A stretch of 24,432 nucleotides of DNA from a virus (taxonomy: Duplodnaviria > Caudoviricetes), in IMG/VR virus record IMGVR_UViG_3300030332_000013, positions 1-24,432 of that record; one strand, 5' to 3'. The position numbers and the translations under genes are program-made. Of the stretch, positions 7,417-15,906 are shown piece by piece (within the stretch, counting starts at the first letter, position 1; each line of letters begins with the position of its first letter). The notes below the pieces were generated by a model. The model had not been told where the DNA came from. It was given only the letters and a program-made list of their open reading frames with translations, and made no database searches.

Positions 7417-8991
7417 ATGGCTAAAGAAATTATGGGTTTTGATGTAAACGATAAAGCTGAAAGCCGATACAATTCTCTATCTGAAATTAGAAATCATTAC
7501 TTAAAAAGAAGTAGAGAATGCTCTGAATTAACAATACCAACTCTTATACCAGAAGATTATCAAACACAATCAAGTGACTTCTACAGTCCTTTTCAATCAG
7601 TAGGTAGTCGAGGTGTCAACAACCTTGCTTCAAAATTACTCCTACTATTACTCCCCCCAAATCAACCTTTTTTCCGTTTAGCAATTCAAGGAAAAGCTAA
7701 ACAACAAGTTGACTTACAACCTCAACTTAAAACAGCGATAGAAAAAGCATTCGCTGGAATTGAGCGTGATGTCATGGCTAAAATTGAAGCTTTGGCTATT
7801 CGTGTTCCTGCATTTGAAGCTATCAAACATTTAATTGTTGGTGGTAATGTACTTTGTTATATTCCAAAAGAAGGAACTATGAGAGTATATGGTTTAAATC
7901 AATATGTATGTAAAAGGGACGGTGAAGGAAATATTTTAGAAATAGTTATAAAAGAAAGTGTTTCTCTTTTATCTTTAGATGAAGAAGTTAGAGAACAAAT
8001 AATAAATGCAATGTCTAAGAAAGACGTTAAGTCTAATACTAATTGCGATTTATATACTCATATTTATAAACTACCAGATGACAAATTTTATGTATGTCAA
8101 GAAGCTAAAGGAATAAAAATTCCATCTTCAATTGGAATATATAATTCAGACCGTTTACCTTTCTTACCTTTAAGAATGGTGAGAGTTGACGGTGAAGATT
8201 ATGGACGTTCTTATGTTGAAGAATATATTGGTGACTTAAAATCTTTAGAAGGATTATCACAATCACTTGTAGAAAGTGCTGCGGCTTCTTCTAAAATGGT
8301 TTTCATGGTTAAACCAAACTCTACTACAAAGAAAAGAGATTTAGCAATTGCACGTAATGGTGATATTATAACTGGAAATGATGATGATGTTTCAGTTTTA
8401 CAAGCAAACAAATTTTATGATTTACAAACTGTAGAGAAAGCAGTCACAAGACTAGAAGAAAGAATGGCTTATGCTTTCTTATTAAACACAGCTATTCAGC
8501 GTCAAGCTGAACGTGTAACGGCTCAGGAAATTCGTTACATGGCAAATGAATTAGAAACAGCAATGGGTGGTATTTATTCTTTATTGTCACAAGAATTACA
8601 ATTACCTCTTGTTAATTTACTAATGGTAAGAATGGGAAGTAAAAATGAAATTCCTAAATTACCTAAAGGTTCTGTAAGACCAACTATTATTACAGGTATA
8701 GAAGCCCTGGGACGTGGAAATGATTTACAGAAACTTAGAGAGTTTGTTGCAGAAATAGGACAACTTGCTCAAATCAATCCTCAAGTTGTTCAATTATTAA
8801 ATCCTATGGATTTGATTCAAAGATTAGCAACAGCACAAGGAATTGATACGGAAGGCTTGATAAAGACTCCTGAACAATTACAAGCCGAACAAGAACAAGC
8901 AGCAATGCAACAACAGCAACAACAAATGGCTGATACTGCTCAAGCAGTCGCACCAAAAGTTGCTGACAATTATACGAAACCAACACAGTAA
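7417..8991 (+). CDS. head-to-tail connector / portal protein (T7 gp8-like)
   Basis: QSVGSRGVNNLASKL, GEDYGRSYVEEY.GDL.SLE.L, ERVTAQEIR, TGIEALGRG.DL. Confidence 0.96.
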   Translation: MAKEIMGFDVNDKAESRYNSLSEIRNHYLKRSRECSELTIPTLIPEDYQTQSSDFYSPFQSVGSRGVNNLASKLLLLLLPPNQPFFRLAIQGKAKQQVDLQPQLKTAIEKAFAGIERDVMAKIEALAIRVPAFEAIKHLIVGGNVLCYIPKEGTMRVYGLNQYVCKRDGEGNILEIVIKESVSLLSLDEEVREQIINAMSKKDVKSNTNCDLYTHIYKLPDDKFYVCQEAKGIKIPSSIGIYNSDRLPFLPLRMVRVDGEDYGRSYVEEYIGDLKSLEGLSQSLVESAAASSKMVFMVKPNSTTKKRDLAIARNGDIITGNDDDVSVLQANKFYDLQTVEKAVTRLEERMAYAFLLNTAIQRQAERVTAQEIRYMANELETAMGGIYSLLSQELQLPLVNLLMVRMGSKNEIPKLPKGSVRPTIITGIEALGRGNDLQKLREFVAEIGQLAQINPQVVQLLNPMDLIQRLATAQGIDTEGLIKTPEQLQAEQEQAAMQQQQQQMADTAQAVAPKVADNYTKPTQ

Positions 8992-9005
8992 AGGAGTAAA
9001 AACTT

Positions 9006-9773
9006 ATGGTTGATAAAGTCGAAATAAATGAAGGACAAACAGGGGCAGAATCCCCTAAAGAAGACGCAAAGCCAGTATTAAAAGAAGAGCCAAAGAGTGA
9101 GCGACCTGAATGGCTTCCTGGTAAATTTAAATCGCCTGAAGAAATGGCGAAAGCTTATGGAGAGTTAGAAGTAAAACTTAGTAAAAGTTCTGAAGAACAA
9201 ACTAAAGTTGAAGAACAGCCTGATAAAAAAGAAGGCGACTTATCTATAGACAAAGACGCTCAAAAAGCTGTTGAAAGTGCTGGATTAAATCTAGAAACTT
9301 TACAACAGGAATATAATAGTGAAGGACAATTAGCTGAAAAATCTTATCAATCTTTAGAAAAAGCAGGTATTCCAAAAGATTACGTAGACGCTTTTATTAA
9401 AGGACAAGAAGCAATTGCTACACAAACTTCTAATACATTAAAACAAGAAGTTGGTGGTTCTGAAAATTATAAGGCAATGATGGAATGGGCTGGAAATAAT
9501 TTATCTGAAGCTGAACAAACTTCTTATAATAATACGGTTAACAGTAAAGACATTGAAGCTACTCGTTTAGCAATTCAAGGTCTTAATGCTCGTTACAAAA
9601 ATAGTGAAGGAATAGACCCTAACTTACAATCTGGTGATAAACCTACAGGGGCGAATGCACCTGGATTTAGGTCATGGGGTGAAGTTACGGCTGCAATGTC
9701 TGACGAAAGATATTCAAAAGATGAAGCTTATCGTTCAGATATTCAAGCTAAATTGAAAAACAGTAGGTTATAA
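9006..9773 (+). CDS. capsid assembly scaffolding protein (T7 gp9-like)
   Basis: Acidic; RPEWLP.KF.SPEE.AKAY.ELE, VGG...Y..M..WA, AM.D.RY..D..YR; between portal and capsid. Confidence 0.92.
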   Translation: MVDKVEINEGQTGAESPKEDAKPVLKEEPKSERPEWLPGKFKSPEEMAKAYGELEVKLSKSSEEQTKVEEQPDKKEGDLSIDKDAQKAVESAGLNLETLQQEYNSEGQLAEKSYQSLEKAGIPKDYVDAFIKGQEAIATQTSNTLKQEVGGSENYKAMMEWAGNNLSEAEQTSYNNTVNSKDIEATRLAIQGLNARYKNSEGIDPNLQSGDKPTGANAPGFRSWGEVTAAMSDERYSKDEAYRSDIQAKLKNSRL

Positions 9774-9774
9774 T

Positions 9775-9999
9775 ATGTTTTTATACGCATTGAAAAAAAA
9801 GTATGAAGCAGAGTTTGCTGAACATACTTCGGTTGTTGATACTTACTTAAAAAATCCAGTAGGTATTCCTGACCATGATGATATTCTTGGCACAATTAAA
9901 AATAGATATGATAAATTAACTGTATCTACTTTAGCGTTAAAGAATATAAATGACCTTCTTGATAAGGCTCAAGAAGCTGAGAAAAAAGATAAAAAATAA
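9775..9999 (+). CDS. hypothetical protein (74 aa)
   Basis: ORF track; directly follows scaffold; YL.NPVGI..H motif. Confidence 0.75.
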   Translation: MFLYALKKKYEAEFAEHTSVVDTYLKNPVGIPDHDDILGTIKNRYDKLTVSTLALKNINDLLDKAQEAEKKDKK

Positions 10000-10014
10000 A
10001 AGAAAGGGGGAAAT

Positions 10015-10170
10015 ATGTTTAAATTTGATTTAGAAATTCCAACTTACGCAGAATGGAAAGTTCAAATTGAAAAATTCTTAAAAGAACAACCTGAACAAGC
10101 TAAGAAATATCAAGAACAAATTCAAAAGTTTTGGAAAGATTTTTGGGAAGATACATTTAAAATAAAATAA
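10015..10170 (+). CDS. small hypothetical protein (51 aa, MFKFDLEIPTYAEWK...FWKDFWEDTFKIK)
   Basis: Hand-translated; AAGGGGG SD upstream. Confidence 0.65.
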   Translation: MFKFDLEIPTYAEWKVQIEKFLKEQPEQAKKYQEQIQKFWKDFWEDTFKIK

Positions 10171-10184
10171 TAAAGGATAATACA

Positions 10185-10247
10185 ATGGCAAAAAAGAAAA
10201 AAAAGAAAAAAGATAAGAAGAAAAAGAACAAGAAGAAGAAAAGATAG
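10185..10247 (+). CDS. poly-lysine micro-protein (20 aa, MAKKKKKKKDKKKKNKKKKR)
   Basis: AAGGA SD at 10173-10177, 7 nt before the ATG; mixed AAA/AAG codons in frame. Confidence 0.6.
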   Translation: MAKKKKKKKDKKKKNKKKKR

Positions 10248-10354
10248 TTGTGTTACCTTTTCAGGTAGCAACTGCCAAGTGCAAATAAGTAGATTAAACT
10301 GACCTTCTCGAGGGAAGACAATCTTTATTAAGAAGCTGAAAGTGCAAGGCTTTT
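10245..10354 (+). promoter_or_regulatory. structured 5' leader upstream of the major capsid gene
   Basis: Three hairpins (10251-10270, 10291-10324, 10331-10354) and a repeated AAGTGCAA (10277, 10340). Confidence 0.5.
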
Positions 10355-10392
10355 ATTAACAATAACCATAAATATAAAAAGGAGAAATAATT

Positions 10393-11370
10393 ATGGCAGC
10401 ATCAACACCGGCGTCAATAGGACGAGTAAACGCTGCAGGTGCAGAAGACGCATTGTTTCTGAAAGTTTTCGCTGGAGAAGTTTTAACTTCTTTCGAGAGA
10501 GCTTCAAAAACTGCTGGTTCAGATTTAGTGAGAACTATATCTAGCGGCAAGTCGGCAACCTTCCCAGTTATGGGGAGAATCGACAGTGCATATCACACAC
10601 CTGGAGCAGAAATTACTGGTTCAGACGTCAATCACAACGAGAAGGTTATTACAATTAATGACCTTTTAGTTTCTAGTGTATTTTTATCAAATATCGAAGA
10701 AGCAAAAAACCATTGGGACGTAAGAAATGCGTACTCTGCTGAAATTGGCAGGGCTTTAGCATACGCTAAAGATAGACATATCTTAATAAACATTGGTAGA
10801 GCTTCTCTTGGTACAGCAAATGTAGGTGACACAAGTTATCCTGCAGGAACTACACTAACAAACACGACAATAGCAAGTGCAACTGCGGCTGATAGTGCGA
10901 ATGCGTTCATTACTGAACTATTCAATTCGGCTAAAACTTTAGACGACAACTACGTTCCTAGTGAAGGTAGAAGATGTTTTCTAAAACCGGAAATGTACTA
11001 CAAGTTGGCAAATGCGACTAATGCAGTAAATGTAGACTTTAGAGGTCTAGGTTCTATTGCAGAGGGTAAAGTGCAGAAAATTGCAGGAATTGAATTAGTT
11101 CCTGTTGCTCACTTTACAGACTTCCATGTAACGGCTGGAGTAGCTGTAGGTTCTTACGCACAAGGTGGAACAACACCTTATACTGTAAACCTATCTGACT
11201 ACGTTGGCTTGGTAAGTCACCCAAGTGCTGTTGGTACGGTTAAACTTATGGACTTGGCTGTGGAATCAGACTATGATATTCGTAGACAAGGAACGCTAAT
11301 GGTAGCGAAATACGCTATGGGACATGATGTCCTTAGACCAGAAGCGGCTGTAGGAATTAAAGACGCATAA
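10393..11370 (+). CDS. major capsid protein (T7 gp10-like)
   Basis: ALFLKVFAGEVLT.F, RTISSGKSA.FP..G, G.ALA...D, YAMGH..LRPEAA; AAGGAG SD. Confidence 0.97.
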   Translation: MAASTPASIGRVNAAGAEDALFLKVFAGEVLTSFERASKTAGSDLVRTISSGKSATFPVMGRIDSAYHTPGAEITGSDVNHNEKVITINDLLVSSVFLSNIEEAKNHWDVRNAYSAEIGRALAYAKDRHILINIGRASLGTANVGDTSYPAGTTLTNTTIASATAADSANAFITELFNSAKTLDDNYVPSEGRRCFLKPEMYYKLANATNAVNVDFRGLGSIAEGKVQKIAGIELVPVAHFTDFHVTAGVAVGSYAQGGTTPYTVNLSDYVGLVSHPSAVGTVKLMDLAVESDYDIRRQGTLMVAKYAMGHDVLRPEAAVGIKDA

Positions 11371-11379
11371 TAGCTTCTT

Positions 11380-11459
11380 TATTGTACTATACAATACAAA
11401 TAGATTGAGGGGAGAAATCCCCTCAGTCTTATCTCGCTTATAGAAAGGAGAAAAATATG
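11380..11459 (+). promoter_or_regulatory. ROSE-like RNA thermometer in the hsp20 5' UTR (putative)
   Basis: The 3' hairpin UCUC-G-CUU (11432-11439) pairs with the SD AAGGAGA (11445-11451), leaving G11436 bulged; it contains U(U/C)GCU; two hairpins lie upstream. Confidence 0.65.
11402..11430 (+). terminator. stable hairpin after capsid (Tphi-equivalent position; weak U-tract; may double as a thermometer 5' stem)
   Basis: AGATTGAGGGGA-GAAA-TCCCCTCAGTCT, a 12-bp stem with one G-U pair and a GNRA loop. Confidence 0.55.
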
Positions 11460-11852
11460 ACGTTAGACTTAACGCCTTTCAGAAATTTTACAGTAGGATT
11501 TGATTCTCTGTTTGATGAACTGGAAAATTATAAACCAATAAACTATCCACCATATAATATATCAAAGATTAAAGATGGTGAGTATAAAGTGGAAATGGCA
11601 ATTGCAGGTTTTACTAAAAAAGATGTAACGGTAACTGCCAAGGAAAATATCTTAGCCGTAAACGGTAAGAAGGAAAAATCGGAATCCGACTTCCTTTATA
11701 AAGGTATTGGTGAAAGGTCTTTCTCTCAAACTTTTAGATTAGCTGAATATATGTTTATAGAAAAAGCTGAAATGAAAGATGGTATCTTACGGATTTTCTT
11801 GAAACAAGAACTTCCTGAAGAGAAAAAAGAGAAGATTATACAAATCACTTAA
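11457..11852 (+). CDS. hsp20: small heat shock protein, Hsp20/IbpA-like (alpha-crystallin domain)
   Basis: VGFD.LF, NYPPYNI, EMAIAGF, LYKGIGERSF...F.LAE, DGIL, C-terminal IQI (IXI) motif. Confidence 0.95.
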   Translation: MTLDLTPFRNFTVGFDSLFDELENYKPINYPPYNISKIKDGEYKVEMAIAGFTKKDVTVTAKENILAVNGKKEKSESDFLYKGIGERSFSQTFRLAEYMFIEKAEMKDGILRIFLKQELPEEKKEKIIQIT

Positions 11853-11864
11853 ATTGGAAATTTA

Positions 11865-11895
11865 GACTGAAAGGGGCTTTTTGCCCCTTTTGGTT
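11865..11895 (+). terminator. intrinsic terminator-like hairpin downstream of hsp20
   Basis: AAAGGGGC-TTTTT-GCCCCTTTT; stem extendable with G-U pairs. Confidence 0.7.
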
Positions 11896-11979
11896 AAAAT
11901 AAATCTTCCATAGAAGCACGTAGATTAAAATTAGAGGGGTCACGTGACCCTAAGTACCCCCTAAATTAAGGAGAAATTA

Positions 11980-12591
11980 ATGGCAACACAAATAACTGCA
12001 ACTACTGAATTACAGGCTATAAACACAATATTAAGTTTTATTGGTGAAGCACCTGTATCAAGTATTACAGGAAATATTGGAACAGACGTGGCTGTCGCTA
12101 AACAGATTTTAGATGAAAGTTCTCTAAGCATACAAACTCAAGGTTGGTTCTTTAATAGAGAATTAGAAGTAACTCAAGCTAGAGATACTGATAATAAAGT
12201 ACCTCTTGAAACTAACTGTGTAGCAATTGAACCTTCTGCCCCTTATCAATATCAATATTCTTATACTATAAGAGACGGATTTTTATATGACTTAAAAAAT
12301 CATACAAATGTTTTCGCAACGGCACCAGTTCAAATTGATAAAACTATGATTCAACAGTTTGAACATCTTCCTGAATATGCAAGACGATACATCACTATTA
12401 AAGCAGCTCGAAGATTTGCTGCAAGATATATTGGTGCAGATTCTTTAGTTAAATTAGCTTCGCTTGATGAACAAGAATCTCACGTAGCTTTTGAACAAGC
12501 TGACTCTAGAGCAATGGACGCAAATATACTTAAAGATGAGTATAATTTGAATTACATTGTTAATAGAGGATTTAAGCGTTCAAGTAGGTAA
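11980..12591 (+). CDS. tail tubular protein A (T7 gp11-like)
   Basis: TELQAIN.IL..IGEAPV, Q..GWFFN.E, F..LPE.ARRYI..KAAR.F. Confidence 0.93.
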   Translation: MATQITATTELQAINTILSFIGEAPVSSITGNIGTDVAVAKQILDESSLSIQTQGWFFNRELEVTQARDTDNKVPLETNCVAIEPSAPYQYQYSYTIRDGFLYDLKNHTNVFATAPVQIDKTMIQQFEHLPEYARRYITIKAARRFAARYIGADSLVKLASLDEQESHVAFEQADSRAMDANILKDEYNLNYIVNRGFKRSSR

Positions 12592-12593
12592 TC

Positions 12594-15437
12594 ATGTCTG
12601 TAGTATCGCAATCAATCCCAAACCTGATTAACGGTATCAGTCAACAAAATCCTGTACAAAGAAATGTAGGACAAGCTGAAAGCCAAATTAATTTTCAATC
12701 AAATATAATTGATGGTCTGTCTAAAAGACCCCCAACAGAATTTGTTAAAAACTTATTAGCTTCAACTGTCTTTCCAAATAATTGTGCAATTCATTGGATT
12801 AACCGTGATAGTTCAAATCAATATGTCGCTGTATTTACTAATGGTACTGTTAAAGTATATGACCTAGCAGGAAATGAAAAAACTGTAACTATGGGTACAG
12901 GTGCAGCAACTTATTTAACAACAACAAGTCCTTTAGAAAATTTAAAGTTTGTAAATATTGCAGACTATACATTTGTCGCCAACAAAGCAATTACTGTAGC
13001 TGAAGATTCAACAACAACAGCAGCTAAAGTACAAGAATTTTTATGTTATGTAAAAAGTTCTCAATATGGCAGACAATATAGTGTTACATTAAATCACTCT
13101 GCTTGGACTTATCCAATAGAAGTTTTATTTCAAATGCCTACAGGCAATGACGCTGCAACAGATAGTAAATTTAGAGATACTGAAAAGATTGCTCATATAT
13201 TATTATATGGAACAGGGTCAGCACATTGGAACGGTTCAGCAGATGGAATTGGATTTAAAACTATAAGAACTGATACAGGGGCTACATTAAGTACGTCTGA
13301 AGGATTGGCAAATTATAGTGGAATTACAGGAACATTTACGCCAACTCAATTTGGTAACACAATTTACATGACTTGTGCTAGTGGAACATTTACAGTATCA
13401 ACTACTGATGGTTTCGGTAACCAAGCTATGTACGCTATTAAAGATTCTATAAATGATTTTGCAGACTTACCTTACTATGCAAAAACAGATATGATATTAC
13501 AAATTACAGGTGATGAAGGTGATACACTTTCAGATTACTATGTAAAATTTACTGGCAGCGGTGTATGGAGTGAAACAATCGGACCGGGTGTTAAAGTTGG
13601 ATTAGATGATTCAACAATGCCGTTTGCTTTAATTAATAATAATGACGGAACATTCAGTATGGATAAACAAACTTATACTGATAGAGTATGTGGTGATGAA
13701 GATACAAACTCAGCACCAAGTTTTGTAGGACAAACAATTAATAATTTAACTTTCTTCCAAAACAGATTAGGAATTATTTCAAATCAAAATTTAATATTAT
13801 CAGAAAATGCAGAATATTATAATTTCTATGCAACAACAGGTACAGATGTTTTAGATACTGACCCTATTGATATTGCTGCGGCTGGAACAACCGTTAATAA
13901 ACTTTATAATTCTATAGACTTTAATGAACAGTTATTATTATTCTCAGAAGAATCACAATATATTTTAGAATCTATAGGAGAAAGTGTAACTCCAACAACA
14001 GCTACATTAACTAAAACAAGTCAATTTAATCACGCACTAAAAGTTGCACCTAAATCAGCAGGTAAATTTGTTTACTTTGCTCAAAGAAGAAATGATAAAA
14101 CAGCAGTAACAGAATACTTTGCTGATGATGATACTTTAACAAATGACGGAATAGATGTAACTATTGGAGTTCAAAAATTAATTCCTGATAATGCTTTTAA
14201 ACTAATTGCAAACAATGTCGAAGATACTTTATTTGTATTAACACACGACACTTTAGACGCAGTAAATAGTACAGCTTACACACCTGGAAGTGCTGTAACT
14301 TCAACTAATGCAAATACTTTAAATGTTTATAAATATTTCTTTGACGCTGATAAAAAAGTACAATCTTCTTGGTCAACTTGGACTTTGAATAATTGTCAAA
14401 TATTATCGGCTGAAGCTTTTGACGCTAATTTATATCTTGTTGTTAATGAAAATAAAAATACAAAATTATTAAAAATAGATTTAAGAAATCCTGCGTATGG
14501 TTCATTAACACATAATTTACACATGGATTTTAGAACAAGTGCCTTAACAGGAGTTTATGATAGTGCAACAGATTTAACTACATTTACTATGCCTTATAGT
14601 GTCAATCAAACTTTAAGAGCCGTTGATACAACTAACGGAACAAATCATACTATTACAGATGCAGCTAATGCAACTTGCACAATTACAGTTACAGATGCAC
14701 TCAACATTGCTGTCGGAACTACTCTCACATTTACGGATAATGCTGGTGTTTCTACAACAATGACAGGGACAGCAACAAACCCAACTACTAATCCAAATGA
14801 ATTTAGTGTAGGAGTAGATGCGGCATCTACAGCAGATAATATTGCTGTCGGAGCGTATAGCCTTTATGGTATTAATGGTTTAGCAGGATATTCAGCCCCT
14901 AATCCTGCATCAAATGTAATTACAGTTACAAGAGCAGTAGCAGGAGCTTCAAATTTAACTGTGACTTCTTCTGACCCTGTAAGATTAGCTGTTACAAATT
15001 TTGTTACTCCTGCAACTACTTATACTTTAGTTGGTAATCATACATCTTGTGTGTTTGGTTCATTTTATGATTCAACATATCAATTTTCTACTCCTTATAT
15101 TAGAGAGTCTTTACCGACAGGGGGAATTATGTCTGTAACTTCAGGTCGTTATCAAATACGACAATTTGAAGTTAATTATGAGAATACAGGATTTTTCCAG
15201 GCTGAAGTTACGCCTGATGGAAGAGCAACAACAACGTATGATATGAGTGGAACTGTTATTAATAGTTCTGGTGCTGTTATTGGACAACCAAATATTGATA
15301 GTGGTACTTATAAAATACCAATACAATCAAAGAATACAGGGTTTACTTGTTCATTAAAAAATAATTCGCATTTACCTTGTCACTTTGTATCAGCAGAAAT
15401 AGAAGGATTTTACTTTAGACGCTCAAATAGAATTTAA
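12594..15437 (+). CDS. tail tubular protein B (T7 gp12-like nozzle)
   Basis: QSIPNLINGISQQ, GLSKRPP, D..TN.APSFVG, FFQNRLG, DTDPID, QSSWS.W, GRYQIR. Confidence 0.94.
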   Translation: MSVVSQSIPNLINGISQQNPVQRNVGQAESQINFQSNIIDGLSKRPPTEFVKNLLASTVFPNNCAIHWINRDSSNQYVAVFTNGTVKVYDLAGNEKTVTMGTGAATYLTTTSPLENLKFVNIADYTFVANKAITVAEDSTTTAAKVQEFLCYVKSSQYGRQYSVTLNHSAWTYPIEVLFQMPTGNDAATDSKFRDTEKIAHILLYGTGSAHWNGSADGIGFKTIRTDTGATLSTSEGLANYSGITGTFTPTQFGNTIYMTCASGTFTVSTTDGFGNQAMYAIKDSINDFADLPYYAKTDMILQITGDEGDTLSDYYVKFTGSGVWSETIGPGVKVGLDDSTMPFALINNNDGTFSMDKQTYTDRVCGDEDTNSAPSFVGQTINNLTFFQNRLGIISNQNLILSENAEYYNFYATTGTDVLDTDPIDIAAAGTTVNKLYNSIDFNEQLLLFSEESQYILESIGESVTPTTATLTKTSQFNHALKVAPKSAGKFVYFAQRRNDKTAVTEYFADDDTLTNDGIDVTIGVQKLIPDNAFKLIANNVEDTLFVLTHDTLDAVNSTAYTPGSAVTSTNANTLNVYKYFFDADKKVQSSWSTWTLNNCQILSAEAFDANLYLVVNENKNTKLLKIDLRNPAYGSLTHNLHMDFRTSALTGVYDSATDLTTFTMPYSVNQTLRAVDTTNGTNHTITDAANATCTITVTDALNIAVGTTLTFTDNAGVSTTMTGTATNPTTNPNEFSVGVDAASTADNIAVGAYSLYGINGLAGYSAPNPASNVITVTRAVAGASNLTVTSSDPVRLAVTNFVTPATTYTLVGNHTSCVFGSFYDSTYQFSTPYIRESLPTGGIMSVTSGRYQIRQFEVNYENTGFFQAEVTPDGRATTTYDMSGTVINSSGAVIGQPNIDSGTYKIPIQSKNTGFTCSLKNNSHLPCHFVSAEIEGFYFRRSNRI

Positions 15438-15905
15438 ATGGAAAAATATGTTAAAATAGCAACACCTGAAGACGCTCATAGGTTAGCACCGAAAGTACGG
15501 AAAGCTGACATTGATGAGATTAAAGCGTCTAATAATATAACCCCTTTAAGGGGATTATTATATCCATTTACAAAATTAAGACATAAAACTTTTTCTATTA
15601 TAGGAACAAAGGAAGAAGGAGTTATCGGTATGTTTGGCGTTGTTCCATGTGAAACAAAAGATTTTGGGATTGCTTGGTTATTATCTAGTGAAGAATTAAT
15701 AAACCATACCCTACAGTTTTTACGTGAATGCCCTAAATGGGTAGAAGAAATGGGACAAGATTATAAATATTTATATAATTATATAGATGAAAGAAATATA
15801 GTAGCACTTAAATGGTTAGAATTTTTAAAATTCAAGCATATAGAAACGCTACCGTATGGATATGAAAAAAGGAAATTTAAATTAATGTTAAAGGAGATAA
15901 AATAA
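15438..15905 (+). CDS. internal virion protein A (T7 gp13-like), putative GNAT acyltransferase fold
   Basis: R.AD..E..A, GMFGV, IAWLL.S, LYNYID.RN..ALKWL.FLKF; position after gp12. Confidence 0.8.
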   Translation: MEKYVKIATPEDAHRLAPKVRKADIDEIKASNNITPLRGLLYPFTKLRHKTFSIIGTKEEGVIGMFGVVPCETKDFGIAWLLSSEELINHTLQFLRECPKWVEEMGQDYKYLYNYIDERNIVALKWLEFLKFKHIETLPYGYEKRKFKLMLKEIK

Positions 15906-15906
15906 T

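Noticed and set aside
8880-8930. CAA/CAG-rich repeat
   Set aside because: Ordinary Gln-rich C-terminal tail of a portal protein.
11404-11434. Alphaproteobacterial RpoH-like promoter (aTTGAg-N18-CTTATCT) for hsp20
   Set aside because: The spacer is longer than expected and both boxes are accounted for by hairpin arms; not supportable without start-site data.
11953-11972. AGTACCC...AAGGA as a third promoter copy
   Set aside because: The central ATATTAG is missing and the spacing differs; AAGGA is just the SD.
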